Source: Octopus vulgaris
Lineage: Eukaryota
Length of the DNA stretch: 64,000 nucleotides
Assembly: GCA_951406725.2 (NCBI GenBank)
Contig: OX597835.1
Span: 8,432,001 to 8,496,000 of the forward strand
Direction: 5' to 3'
The translations under genes were made by a program, and so were the position numbers. Within the stretch, counting starts at the first letter, position 1, and every line of letters begins with the position of its first letter. Positions 27,347-40,718 of this stretch are shown here, in pieces. The notes beneath the pieces were generated by a model. The model saw only the letters and a program-made list of their open reading frames with translations, did no database searches and was not told where the DNA came from.

Positions 27347-27663
27347 TGTCTGTCTGTCTGTGTGTGTGTGTGTATGTATGTATCTGTGTATTAGTGACAG
27401 AGGAAGTATTGACACCGAGAATTAAAATTTATCCTCGCTTAAACGCGGATGTTCTGTTAGAACAAGCTATACTGTGGTAGATACATCGGGAGAAACGTCT
27501 GGTGCAAAATGCAATTTTATATCGCCAATGTGCCATCTATATATACTATTTAAACAGACACAGTATAACAGACCACTTGATCAATCTCAATAAACACCTA
27601 CAAACAACTGCAGTATTGAGTTCCTTTTATATTGTTCGTCAGAACTGACGAATATAAACATCG

Positions 27664-27711
<48 letters not shown>

Positions 27712-27842
27712 ATAAATGAATGAATTAGTGCATATACATTCTTTTGAATGTATATAGGAACAGGTACGAAGAGACAAAACTAGGTAGAGTTATGCATAAT
27801 TGCTACGAAACAGACGTAGGAAGATATGGATTTTATCATACA

Positions 27843-27883
<41 letters not shown>

Positions 27884-29292
27884 CTTTCTATCTCTATGTA
27901 TCTTCACTTTAAAATATCTCCAAAGCCACATGGCCGCCAGAAATCCGAAACGAACAGTAAACATTTGTACTAAAAACTGATTTATTTTTGAAAAATACTT
28001 GGAATGGGAGAATAAACCAGAAGGCAAAAAAGAGACTTTTTTTCTGTCGCTTTATCTTTTTTTTCCTTCTTTAACAATCCCTGATTTTCTTTCTTCTCTG
28101 GCCGAGACTGACTTAATATCATTACCACTCATATGTTATTATTTCCTTTAATTCTATTGGGAGACATTTTTTTTCATGTCGGAAGCCATATTTTTCAGCC
28201 GGGAGCCACATTTTTTTTTTTCTGTTTCCGATCTTGTTTTATATTTATTTCATTTCATTTTCACGCTCTTCTATATTTCATCTGGTTTTTTTTTTTGGTT
28301 TTTTTTTTTGGCATTATTTTCATGCCACCAGCGTCAACACCACCACCACCACCACCGCCGCCGCCGCCGCCGCCATTGTACTTTCAGTAGGTAAGAATGC
28401 CAAAAGAGGTTACCTTAAAGAGACATCTGTACATCATTGGATTATAATGAATCAAAGCTTGCACAACACGAATGCCTCTCTCTCTCTCTCTTGTTCTACG
28501 TGATTAGTAATTGGTGACAGGCCGAAGCGAGGTGACCAGTAATCGCGTGAAAACGCAGGTTTTTACATGTGAGTGTCCTTCTCCAAGAAGGATGTCGTGA
28601 CAAATGTTTGCTTTCCCAGTGGTTCCACACTCCTCAGAATACTGGAACTCCCAAAACTGACCCCCCACCACCACCACCACACTGGTTTAAAATGTTCATA
28701 CACAGGAGTTACAAACATACAAACACATCCACGTACGCACACACACACACAGAATTGATAGCGACAGAAGCAACATTAATACCAAAAGGTAATATTGATA
28801 ACTCAATGCCGCGGTTGTGTTAGAACACAGAGTACGGCGTTATATTACCCTGAGAGAATTCCTCACACGAACTCGTGGTGCATATAAGCACTCGAAATTA
28901 TATCATCGATAGAAGAGAATTGCCTGCTACCAACACCGGAAATACGAGATCGCGTAATTTCACCTTGCTATGGGTTCGTCGGTGTAAAACGCTCTGCAGG
29001 CGTGATAACAGCCAAATCTCCTCTCAATGATATAGATCCTATATTATAGAGAATCTCAATGGCTATTGAGTCACTGGTATGGCAAAGTAAATAACGCGTT
29101 TTACTGTCTTCTAACACAACATCTAAGTTAAGCGGAAGGTTAAGATTACTTTTTGGTATTAAAACTCATTCTGTCGCTTTTAACAACCAGTCTGCCTATT
29201 TGCAGCATTAGTGTCTGAATAGGACGCCAAACATAACATGTCCGGTGTGGGGATGATCTTTCTCGTCACGGTATGATGTTGGACCGTTGACC

Positions 29293-29611
29293 TGGCAGAA
29301 ACGTTAACACGCCGGTCCAAATGCCTAGCGGTATTTCATCTGCCGTTACGTTGTGAGTTCAAATTCCGTCAAGGTCGACTTTGCCTTTCATCCTTTCGGG
29401 GTCGATAAATTAAGTACCAGTTACGCACTGGGATCGATGTAATCGACTTAATACCTATGTCTGTCCTTGGGGACAAACAAGGACAGGCAAAAGGATTAAG
29501 TCGATTACGTCGACCCCCCAGTGTGTAACTGGTACTTATTTAATCGACCCCGAAAGGATGAAAGGCAAAATTGACCTCGGCGGAATTTGAACTCAGAAAG
29601 TAACGGCAGAC
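29293..29611. mobile_element. Two SINE family B fragments fused tail-to-tail (fold-back)
   Basis: Plus copy 29293-29470 abuts minus copy 29470-29611. Confidence 0.9.
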
Positions 29612-29794
29612 TTTTGATACTTCATCCAGGTGACACTTGAAGATACGCCCCACTCACACCCCAATCCGATTCACTCACCCTTTTCTGGATTATTCATTCT
29701 GTTAATAGTTAATATTAAATTTTAAGTTTCAAACAGTTCGATTAATTCATTGAACACATCAATGTTTTATTTACAAGATCTATTATTATCAACG

Positions 29795-29802
29795 TCGTCA
29801 TC

Positions 29803-29846
<44 letters not shown>

Positions 29847-30367
29847 TAGTAGTAGTAGTGGTGGTAGTAGTAGTAGTAGTAGTGGAACTGGAAGTAATAG
29901 AAATCAATTTTCTTTCCCCCTTCTCTTCCTCCTTCTCCTCCTCCTCTTCCTCCTCCTCCTCACCATCATCGTCGTTGTCGTCTTCGTCACAACCACCACC
30001 ATCAACATCGTTCTGAACATCGCCAACATCATCATCATCGTCGTCTTCATCATCATCATCAGCAGCAGCAGCATCATGATCACCACCACCACCACCACCA
30101 CCACCACAACCACTACCATCACAACCACCACAACCACCACTACAACCACCAGCACTACAACCACCACCACCACAACCATCACAACCATCATCACCACAAC
30201 CACCACAACCACCACTACCATCACAACCACAACAACCATCACAACCACCACCACCACCACCACCACTACCATCACAACCACCACAACCATCACCACCACC
30301 ACAACCACCACAACCACCACTACCATCACAACCACAACAACCATCACAACCACCACCACCACCACGA
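29795..30367. repeat. (TAG)n plus (CAT/CAC/CAA)n compound repeat
   Basis: Direct inspection. Confidence 0.9.
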
Positions 30368-30724
30368 CCGTTACACATCAAAGCTACTATACTTCACAAC
30401 TCTTCACTGCAGTACACTGCCATGGAAAAGCAAATGGCACCGCAATGTCCCACAGGTTTAGCGAAATATTCAAGAAAACATTTTAAACAACAAATTCACC
30501 TTTGATCGCGCGTCGGCTCAATTAGAATAACTATAAAGCTATCCAACAACAACAACAATTGTGACGATGACTAGTCAACTGTCTGATTAAAAGAACTACC
30601 TCCCGATTGTAATTAGCGTAAAACAGGTTGACCAGCTAAAAATACAGGTGTACTCGTGATGCTAACCTCAGCCGGAATCAACGTTACGGAATCTGTGATA
30701 AGACTGGATCCCTAAATTACAAGT

Positions 30725-30895
30725 TGAATCAGCATGATGGGCTTCCACACAGTTTCCTTCTCCACAATGTCACTCAAGACGCTCGGACCGACTCCACATT
30801 ACGACAAACACAAAAGATTTGTTGAAGATGCCATACATTGAGATTGAAACCGGTATCGCTTGATTGAACAACAAACGTCTTTACTATTCGGCCAT
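30725..30895 (-). mobile_element. Old degenerate SINE C-like copy
   Basis: CTTCCACACAGTTTCC..CACTCAAG..CAAGATGCCA-like..ATTGAAAC matches the reverse complement of the family C head loosely. Confidence 0.5.
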
Positions 30896-31399
30896 ACAAC
30901 CTCCTGGATAACAGTCGTTTAATGCAGTAAGTCTTAGTGTAACACATTTTTCAACCAATTTACAATTATTATGATTCTGTACAGAATTTCTCTATGACTT
31001 TTCCTGTACTTTAGCTCAGTATTTCTCTTCTCAGAGCTTAGAATAATACGGCAAAGTTATTCTTCGTTGAAGAAAATTAATACGTGTGAAACAAACCCCA
31101 AACTACTTTCCGTTTCTTGTTGGAGTCCACCTCCAATTTACTGGTTAGTTATGTTTTTAAGAATTTAGCTGCTATAGTTTAATCGAGACGGCGTCTACTA
31201 GTTATGCAGTAACTCCTATTTCAAGATTTCTACACGCACTTTGGAAAATAATGATTTGTTTTAATTAGTTGAAGTCGATATACATGTATGCCCACAACAA
31301 AATCATGTAAACATACATACACACTCACACACACATATACACATATATATGTATACGTGTATGTATGTATGTATGTATGTATGTATGTATGTATGTATG

Positions 31400-31436
<37 letters not shown>

Positions 31437-31441
<5 letters not shown>

Positions 31442-31635
31442 ATCCAAACAAAAAAACACAGCAACGCGAGGACGTGGAACAAATAAAGTATTATTGGACG
31501 CTCAGGAAGAAGGGAAGAAGGAGAGCTTAACGTTTCGAGCGGAGCTCTTCGTCGGAAACAAAGGAGAAGGAAAGATCCCGAGAAGGGAAGACAGAGGGAA
31601 AAAAAATTTGCTGGCGGTGCTCACGAGGTCACATT
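31437..31635 (-). mobile_element. Hammerhead family H1 element
   Basis: Homologous to 886-1093; abuts (TA)n. Confidence 0.75.
31525..31559 (-). ncRNA. Minimal hammerhead (H1), CCGACGA core variant
   Basis: Minus strand reads GTTT-CCGACGA-AGAGC-TCC-GCTC-GAAA-CGTT-AAGC. Confidence 0.7.
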
Positions 31636-31669
31636 GGAATTTATAAAATAAACAAACGAAACAAAACAA

Positions 31670-32202
31670 ATGAGCAGTCACCAGAACTTAGAAAAACATC
31701 TCAAATGTGCGTGAAGCTGTGAAGGGAAATCGTCGAATCACCATCCGTGAGTTATTAGGGGATCTTGCAAACTAGTTACGGTTCTGTTCAATCCATTCTC
31801 ACTCAAGATTTGGGTATGAAACGCCTGTCTGCCAAAGCTACTTTCAGTTGACCAAAAAACACACCCGAACTTAAGTTGCTCAAGACCTCCTTGATTGTGT
31901 CGAGATCGATGAAAGATTTTTGAAAACTTTGTGTAGGCCTGAGAGCAAGTATCGCCAAGTTTTTTGGCAAATTTTGATATAGATTCTCTGCTCAACTTTC
32001 TGTTATGGTCAACGCGACGATCACACATTACACACCTTCTTTCCAAGCACTGTTCTAAGCAGCGAAAGTGAGCTAGAACGTTAAAACTTAGTGCACATGC
32101 ACGGCAGAGTTCAGGTTTAATCTTTGCGAAGCGGCTTCATTCTGCGTGCTTCAGCTTCGTTACTATGACAACAGTCCGGATACTTATTGATCAGACCACT
32201 TA
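31670..32202. mobile_element. Rearranged mariner relic with pieces in both orientations
   Basis: Plus strand ITIREL..GSVQSILTQDLGMKRLSAK (about 31735-31935); minus strand N-terminus KLGDTCSQAYTKF (about 31920-32010); TIR-like end TCCGGATACTTATTGATCAGACCAC at 32175-32202. Confidence 0.75.
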
Positions 32203-32973
32203 TGGCTGTATTTATGAATGTACGTATATGTGTGTGTGTGTGAGAGAGAAAGGGAGATAGAGAGAGAGAGAAGAGTGTGTGTACGAGTGCGTGCATGTGT
32301 GTGTGTGTGTATATGCGTGTGTGTGTGTGTGTGTGTGTGCGTATCTTCCTGTTTGAACGCATACTCATGCGTATATTTGTATGCGTCTATGAATGTAAAC
32401 TTGTATATACAAACAAGGACACATTTATTTATGCGTATTCACGCGCCCACACACTCAGACACACACACATATACGTATGTGTGCGTGTGTGTGTGTGTAT
32501 GTGTCTGAGTGTGTATGTGTCTGAGTGTGTATGTGTCTGTGTGTGTGTCTGTGTGTATACATCTCAAGTATATCAGAAAATATAATGGAATATTTCAAAG
32601 GCAATGAAACCGATTTTCAGAATCTGCTTTGTAAAATGTCAAAGAGCAAAGTTCCTGACAGAAACGGCTTCACTTTTGAAGAGATCCTATCGAAACATTT
32701 TTGCAGAATGTCAGATTCTTCAAACTTCACGTATGGATTGGTAATGTTCTTCAATAGTTCCGTTGGATGTCGTATGTTTCTGAATTTGTCAGGTTTACTT
32801 GGAATTGGCATCAGCAAACTGCTTTCCTCAATCGACTTTGTAAGTAGTAAAAACGGTATTAAATTGAAGTTTCATATCAAAGGACAGGACGATGTGTGTG
32901 TGTGTGTATGATGCACATATATATGTGTGTGTGCAAATGTGTATAAATACATATATATATTATATATACGCGT

Positions 32974-33360
32974 GTGGAAGCGCAATGGCCCAGTGGTTAG
33001 GGCAGCGGACTCGCGGTCATAAAATCGCGGTTTCGATTCCCAGACCGGGCGTTGTGAGTGTTTATTGAGCAAAAACACCTAAAAAGCTCCACGAGGCTCC
33101 GGCAGGGGATGGTGATCCCTGCTGTACTCTTTCACCACAACTTTCTCTCACTCTTACTTCCTGTTTCTGTTGTACCTGTATTTCAAAGGGCCGGCCTTGT
33201 CACTCTCTGTGTCACGCTGAATATTCCCGAGAACTAAGTTAAGGGTACACGTGTCTGTGGAGTGCTCAGCCACTTACACGTTAATTTCACGAGCAGGCTG
33301 TTCCGTTGATTCGGATCAACCGGAACCCTCGTCGTCGTCGTAACCGACGGAGTGCTTCCC
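32974..33360 (+). mobile_element. SINE family A, full length
   Basis: Near-identical to 11198-11581. Confidence 0.95.
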
Positions 33361-34193
33361 ATATATACACGCATGTATATACATAGGCATATGTATGTGG
33401 GTGCGGTTGTGTGTGATTGTGTCTGTGTGTGTGTCTGTGTATAAAATATAATATATCGCGATAACGAGAGAGAGAGAGAACTAGAGAGAGAGCCACGTGC
33501 ATGGAAATGGGTTGTGGAGTATATTCATATATGTACACATATGTGTGTGCATGTGTGGTTCTGAGTGTATGCATGTGTGTTTACGAGTGTGCATGTGTTC
33601 GTGCACTTGCATGCATGCGTCTCTGTATATTTCTAGAGAAATCTTGATGACGCATATTCGACCAAAACTTCCTATGAACACTCCGCTGTGCCTTCAGTAA
33701 GCTCTTATCGTGAAATCTAATAATACACATTGCATTGCATTCTGTTCTCACTATCTTGTCACTTTGTTCCATAATAGGACCCTGACACAACTCAGTGTGA
33801 TTCCAGCAACGTTTGATTGTACTGCTTTAAGCTGTCATTCGCAGAAACTTGACAACAGCTCTGTAGATTAATGGCTTCAGAGGGAAGCATTACTGTGTTC
33901 CAAAGTGGAAGCATTTAAACACCACATGGGAAGCAACCTCGACGGATTTCGAAATTTATCAATTCTAGAAGCAGTTCGAAAACCTTAAACAATTTTAGCA
34001 TAATCACATTTGCTAGAACCAATTCTAAAACGGCAAATTAACCGCGCAATCAAATGGTATGGAAGATATTTGGCATAAGAGGTTTTAGTTGTCACATTAA
34101 TAACGGTAAGTTAAATATATTACAGTTACATACAAAAACAAACACACTAAAACGGACATACGTATATACATGCGAATAGAAATGCATGTCTGC

Positions 34194-34256
<63 letters not shown>

Positions 34257-34787
34257 AATATATCTATCTATCTCTCTATCTTTCTGTCTCTCTTTGTATG
34301 TGTGCATGAGTCAGGTTACTCCTACTAATGGATATTTACGCTGAGTGCTCAAATTCGTATTGAACTACAGTTGAACATGTGATGTTGAGACAGTCTTTAT
34401 GAAGTGGCTAGGAGAGGATTTCTCTGGAGCAAAGATGTAAATATAAAACCAGAAATAAACCGGCAAACCATTTGGCAAGACTTGAGAGGGACATTTAATT
34501 TAGATATTTAACAAAAAGGGATGCATAATCACTAACAGCTGTTTAGAGAGTATGTATAATTTTTTAATGAGATATCCAAAGTAAAAGTCCTTGACAAGTG
34601 TTGGCAAACGGTTTGCCTTCTCAGACAGCCAAATGTAGAATTTGCCGGAAAGGAGACGAAAGTATCAATCACATTCGAAGGACATTTTGTTTGTGACATA
34701 GACTTGTTTTCTGCAGAAATCCTATTAAGTAGACGAAGCAAGTAACATAAAAGAAGTCCAGGATAGCCAAGGTCGTGGCATGTAGTA

Positions 34788-35169
34788 GGAGCACTCCGTC
34801 GGTTGCGACGATGAGGGTCCCAGCTGATACGATCAACGGAACAGCTTGCTCGTGATATTAACATGCAAGTGGCTGAGCACTCCACAGACACGTGTACCCT
34901 TAACGTAGTTCTCGAGGAGATTCAGCGTGACACAGAGTGTGACAAGGCTGGCCCTTTGAAATACAGGTACAAGAGAAACAGGAAGAAAGAGCGAGAGCAA
35001 ATTGTGGTGAAAGAGTACAGCAGGGTTCACCACCACCCCCTGCCGGAGCCTCGTGGAGCTTTTGGTGTTTTCGCTCAATAAACACTCACAATGCCCGGTC
35101 TGGGAATCGAAACCGCGATCCTCCGACCGCGAGTCCGCTGCCCTAACCACTGGGCCATTGCGACTCCAC
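34788..35169 (-). mobile_element. SINE family A, full length
   Basis: Reverse complement of family A; TSD CGTGGCATGTA at 34774-34784 and 35170-35180. Confidence 0.95.
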
Positions 35170-35192
35170 CGTGGCATGTAACTTGCTATCCA

Positions 35193-35390
35193 GAAAGTTG
35201 TGGTGAAAGAGTACAGCAGGGTTCACCACCACCCCTGCCGGAACCTCGTGGAGCTTTAGGTGTTTTCGCTCAATAAACACTCACAATGCCCAGTCCGGGA
35301 ATCGAAACCGCGATCCTCCGACCGCGAGTCCGCTGCCCTAACCACTGGGCCATTGCGCCTCCACCGTGGCATGTAACTTGCTATCCAGAA
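35193..35390 (-). repeat. Tandem duplication (about 195 bp) of SINE A head plus flank
   Basis: Repeats about 35001-35195 including flank CGTGGCATGTAACTTGCTATCCAGAA. Confidence 0.9.
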
Positions 35391-35470
35391 GAAAGAACCG
35401 TCATAAAGCAATCAAAGGCAACGTCAATGGCATCAACCACAGCAACGTTAATAAAACTCATACAGCTGCA

Positions 35471-35635
35471 GGCGCAGGAGTGGCTGTGTGGTAAGTAGCT
35501 TGCTAACCAACCACATGGTTCTGGGTTCAGTCCCACTGCGTGGCATCTTGGGCAAGTGTCTTCTGCTATAGCCTCGGGCCGACCAATGCCTTGTGAGTGA
35601 ATTTGGTAGACGGAAACTGAAAGAAGCCTGTCGTA

Positions 35636-35684
<49 letters not shown>

Positions 35685-35858
35685 TTGTGTGTGTGTGTTT
35701 GTCCTCCTAGCATTGCTTGACAACCGATGCTGGTGTGTTTACGTCCCCGTCACTTAGCGGTTCGGCAAGTCCCGGGGTCGATTTGTTCGACTAAAGGCGG
35801 TGCTCCAGCATGGCCACAGTCAAATGACTGAAACAAGTAAAAGAGAAAAGAGTAAAGA
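35471..35858 (+). mobile_element. SINE family C with internal deletion
   Basis: Same head and tail as 22901; probable TSD AGCTGCAG. Confidence 0.92.
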
Positions 35859-37657
35859 GCTGCAGTCTAAAAAAATAAATGAATGTAAATAGTAGCCGCC
35901 TTCTTTAGCATTCACAGTTCCTGTAGTTGACTCTCCAAACAGCCACATAGCTTGACGGTCCTTAATTTCTACATTGCAACGAAATAAAAAAAAAAAAGCT
36001 ACTTCACATTATTTACCAAGAATTTCAGAATTGACCAAATAGAATAAAAGGAAGCGAGTACATAAACTCGTAGAAAGTGCAGAATATGTGCAGAATATCT
36101 AAATGATTGCTTCCAATTTCTATTGGTTGTTTTCAAGCAATGTATTCCTTCGAATAGAAATCTTTGAAATGGGATCACTATCAACACTCCTCAGGCTTTC
36201 ATTTTCATTTACACATTGCATGGCAACACCCCTATAGAATATTTTAAGCGAAAACATCCTTCCGATTTTCTTCAGCACTTCTCTATGCTCATTATTCACA
36301 ATTTCTAAATGAATTCTCTGTAAATTATATGCAATGGAAGATAATCTTTCGTAAATATTCATAATGCCAGTGGGAAAAAGAGAGGAGGTGCCAGGTTATA
36401 CGAAAGAAGGAGCGCCAAAGTCACGAAACAAACAACTGTAAAAGTGAAATCCTCGTTAAAATATTATTTCACGATTTTCTATCACAACCATTGGGTCATA
36501 ACTAATCGAAAAATTAGGTTTTAAGCGAGGCAAATATTTCCATTTCTACGGATTCGATAAAGTACCAGTGTTGAAGTCAATACCCGCCTAATCCCCTCTC
36601 TCTCTCCCTCTATACCTCACTCTCCGTTCCCTTCTCTCTCTCTCTCTCCTTTCTCTCCCTCTCCCCCCTCTCTCTCTCTCGAATATACCTTTGAGACGAA
36701 AGTCCGGCTTTGTCACACTGTATTCACGAGTTGGATTTCAGGTTGTCAAACAACTCAGTTCTCTCAACAACGACCGAAAGAGAAATCAATAGCACCACTC
36801 ACTAACACCACTGCCTTAACCACTATTACCACCATACCACTGTCCCTATGTCCATCACCCACCACTACCACCACCATCACCACCACCACCATCACGCCAT
36901 CGTTTATGTAAACTTTACAGAGATATCAAGTACAGCAATATCACTTCCCTTCTCTTACATTCAAATAAACTTCAGGTGTTGTTTGCCCTCACCCCCAAAG
37001 ACCAAAGGGGTTTCAGAAAGGCTCATCTACCCTACACTTCGCCATTTTTTTGTATGTTATACTACGAGGGATATATGACTGTTGTTTCTGGCAGGTCGAA
37101 GCGTCGTGTAGTAGATCCTTTGCTGGTTACTTTAGTGAGGGATTTTAGCGTATATATATATGAATCGGACATTGATTTACTATGCGCATACGAAGTAGAT
37201 ATCTTTTTCATAGCGTCTGTAAGAATTACATCTTCTTACTACGCGTAGAAGCAGAAGATCTTTTTATTGATTATACGATCAGTGTAGAATGTTTATTCTG
37301 TATTTGAACAGTGAATCTTATTACGGTGTATGAAGAGCGAATCGTTTATCTTCTTCCGTTTACGTTTCTTGGTGTATGTGTGTGTGTGTGTGGGGGGGGG
37401 TTATTTTTTTTATCTAAGACAGAAGGAAAAGTAACTCTGTTGATATTTTTCAAAGACTTCGTGGCTGTTAGAAGACAGAAAATCTAACCTAACCCATAAT
37501 CGAAGAACTGGAATAAATGCTAACAACAGAAAGAACTCTAACGGTGCCAAAGATCAAAATGGAGACGCCAAACAGAACGATGGTGAAAGGATTAAACCTC
37601 CAAACTCTCAAAAAGAGAACAGTCCATTTTCCATTTTCGTTTCTATCCTCCAAGTAA

Positions 37658-39925
37658 GGCGGCGAGCTGGCAGAAACGTTAGCACGCCGGGCGAAATGCT
37701 TAGCGGTATTTCGTCTGCGTTACGTTCTGAGTTCAAATTCCGCCGAGGTCGACTTTGCCTTTCATCCTTTCGAGGTCGATAAATTAAGTACCAGTTACGC
37801 ACAGGGGTCGATGTAATCGACTTAATACCTATGTCTGTCCTTGTTTGTCCCCTCTGTGTTTAGCCCCTTGTGGGTAATAAAGAAATGGGTATTTCGACTC
37901 CGTTACGTTCTGAATTCAAATTCCGCCGAGGTCGACTTTGCCTTTCATCGTTTCGGGGTCGATAAATTAAGTACCAGTTACGCACAGGGGTCGATGTAAT
38001 CGACTTAATCCGTTTGTCTGTTCTTGTTTGTCCTCTCTGTGTTTAGCCCCTTGTCGGTAGTAAAGAAATAGAAATAGGTATTTCGTCTGCGTTACGTTCT
38101 GAGTTCAAATTCCGCCGAGGTCGACTTTGCCTTTTATCCTTTCGGGGTCGATAAATTAAGTAGCAGTTACGCACAGGGGTCGATGTAATCGATTTAATAC
38201 CTCTGTCTGTCCTTGTTTGTCCCCTCTGTGTTTAGCCCCTTGTGGGTAATAAAGAAATAGGTATTTCGTCTGCGTTACGTTCTGAGTTCAAATTCCGCCG
38301 AGGTCGACTTTGCCTTTCATCGTTTCGGGGTCGATAAATTAAGTACCAGTTACGCACAGGGGTCGATGTAATCGACTTAATCCGTTTGTCTGTTCTTGTT
38401 TGTCCTCTCTGTGTTTAGCCCTTGTCGGTAGTAAAGAAATAGAAATAGGTATTTCGTCTGCGTTACGTTCTGAGTTCAAATTCCGCCGAGGTCGACTTTG
38501 CCTTTTATCCTTTCGGGGTCGATAAATTAAGTAGCAGTTACGCACAGGGGTCGATGTAATCGACTTAATACCTATGTCTGTCCTTGTTTGTCCCCGCTGT
38601 GTTTAGCCCCTTGTGGGTAATAAAGAAATAGGTATTTCGTCTGCGTTACGTTCTGAGTTCAAATTCCGCCGAGGTCGACTTTGCCTTTCATCGTTTCGGG
38701 GTCGATAAATTAAGTACCAGTTACGCACAGGGGTCGATGTAATCGACTTAATCCGTTTGTCTGTTCTTGTTTGTCCTCTCTGTGTTTAGTCCCTTGTCGG
38801 TAGTAAAGAAATAGAAATAGGTATTTCGTCTGCGTTACGTTCTGAGTTCAAATTCCGCCGAGGTCGACTTTGCCTTTTATCCTTTCGGGGTCGATAAATT
38901 AAGTAGCAGTTACGCACAGGGGTCGATGTAATCGATTTAATACCTCTGTCTGTCCTTGTTTTCCCCTCTGTGTTTAGCCCCTTGTGCGTAATAAAGAAAT
39001 AGGTATTTCGTCTGCGTTACGTTCTGAGTTCAAATTCCGCCGAGGTCGACTTTGCCTTTCATCGTTTCGGGGTCGATAAATTAAGTACCAGTTACGCACA
39101 GGGGTCGATGTAATCGACTTAATCCCTTTGTCTGTCCTTGTTTGTCCTCTCTGTGTTTAGCCCCTTGTGGGTAGTAAAGAAATAGAAATAGGTATTTCGT
39201 CTGCGTTACGTTCTGAGTTCAAATTCCGCCGAGGTCGACTTTGCCTTTTATCCTTTCGGGGTCGATAAATTAAGTAGCAGTTACGCACAGGGGTCGATGT
39301 AATCGATTTAATACCTCTGTCTGTCCTTGTTTGTCCCCTCTGTGTTTAGCTCCTTGTGGGTAATAAAGAAATAGGTATTTCGTCTGCGTTACGTTCTGAG
39401 TTCAAATTCCGCCGAGGTCGACTTTGCCTTTCATCGTTTCGGGGTCGATAAATTAAGTACCAGTTACGCACAGGGGTCGATGTAATCGACTTAATCCGTT
39501 TGTCTGTCCTTGTTTGTCCCCTCTGTGTTTAGCCCCTTGTGGGTAATAAAGAAATAGGTATTTCGTCTGCGTTACGTTCTGAGTTCAAATTCCGCCGAGG
39601 TCGACTTTGCCTTTCATCGTTTCGGGGTCGATAAATTAAGTACCAGTTACGCACAGGGGTCGATGTAAGCGACTTAATCCCTTTGTCTGTCCTTTTTTGT
39701 CCCCTCTGTGTTTAGCCCCTTGTGGGTAATAAAGAAATAGGTATTTCGCCTGCGTTACGTTCTGAGTTCAAATTCCGCCGAGGTCGACTTTGCCTTTCAT
39801 CCTTTCGGGGTCGATAAATTAAGTACCAGTTACGCACAGGGGTCGATATAATCGACTTAATACCTATGTCTGTCCTTGTTTGTCCCCTCTGTGTTTAGCC
39901 CCTTGTGGGTAATAAAGAAATAGGT
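37658..39925 (+). repeat. SINE family B head followed by a 12-unit tandem array (183/189 bp units)
   Basis: Units start GGTATTTCG at about 37705, 37888, 38077, 38260, 38448, 38631, 38820, 39002, 39191, 39374, 39557, 39740. Confidence 0.97.
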
Positions 39926-39949
39926 ATGATGTTGGACCGGTGGAAAATA

Positions 39950-40020
39950 TTTATTTCTTTATTGCCCACAGGGTGCTAAACATAGAGGGGACAAACAAGG
40001 ACAGACAAAGGGATTAAGTC
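39950..40020 (-). mobile_element. SINE B 3' fragment, inverted relative to the array
   Basis: ATTTCTTTATTGCCCAC..GGGGACAAACAAGGACAGAC. Confidence 0.85.
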
Positions 40021-40658
40021 TATGGTGGTCAGCACAAGACCCATGTAAGAGAATCCTTAATCAAGGTGACACGTAGTGTTTTCGAAACAAAAATCATGCG
40101 AGGAATTCCACCTCGCTTAGCCATATTTTGCAAATAACAACCAAGTAACCTGGGAAAGGTGTCAGAATTTAAAGCAATGATCTCTTAACTTCCTCTTGAT
40201 ATGAAACAGAACCACAAAACAACGAAATTACTTCGACATTTCATTTCTTAACAGACATTTCATATTTAATATTTACAAGGTAAATATTATTCTTGATATG
40301 ATTTTTAATGGGAAAAATTATGTTTGCTCTGGACTCACTTTCCGTTTATCGATCGATCGATCAGCAACATATCCGCTTCCTATAACCTACTTTCTACATC
40401 TTGACCAGGCAACATTCTGCCTTCCTCCCTCTCTCACTATTTCTTTCTTTCTTTCTTTCTTTCTTTCTTTCCTTCCTTTTCTTTCTTTCTTTTTTTCTTT
40501 CTTTTTTTCTTACTTTTTTCTTACTTTCTTACTTTCTTTCTTTCTTTCCTTCTTTCTTTTTTTCTTTCTCTGTCTCTCTCTCTCTCTCTCACATACACAC
40601 ATACACATTGTGTGTATATATGTAAATACACATATGCACATATACAGATGTATATATC

Positions 40659-40718
<60 letters not shown>

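Noticed and set aside
27630-27656. Short palindrome TTCGTCAG-AA-CTGACGAA containing CTGACGA
   Set aside because: No helix II or GAAA on either side; too short to assign
28370-28400. Second AG|GTAAGA recursive-like site
   Set aside because: Poor pyrimidine tract (CCG repeat upstream) and a competing CAG three bases earlier
32617-32817. ORF with faint LINE RT resemblance (PIPSKP..., FDRI, FLSG)
   Set aside because: No catalytic motif; at most an ancient relic
35999-36362. Minus-strand ORFs with faint retroviral integrase resemblance
   Set aside because: Motifs too degenerate to support
37658-39925. Possible CRISPR-like array
   Set aside because: No unique spacers; whole 183-189 bp units are repeated; eukaryotic SINE-derived context and no cas genes
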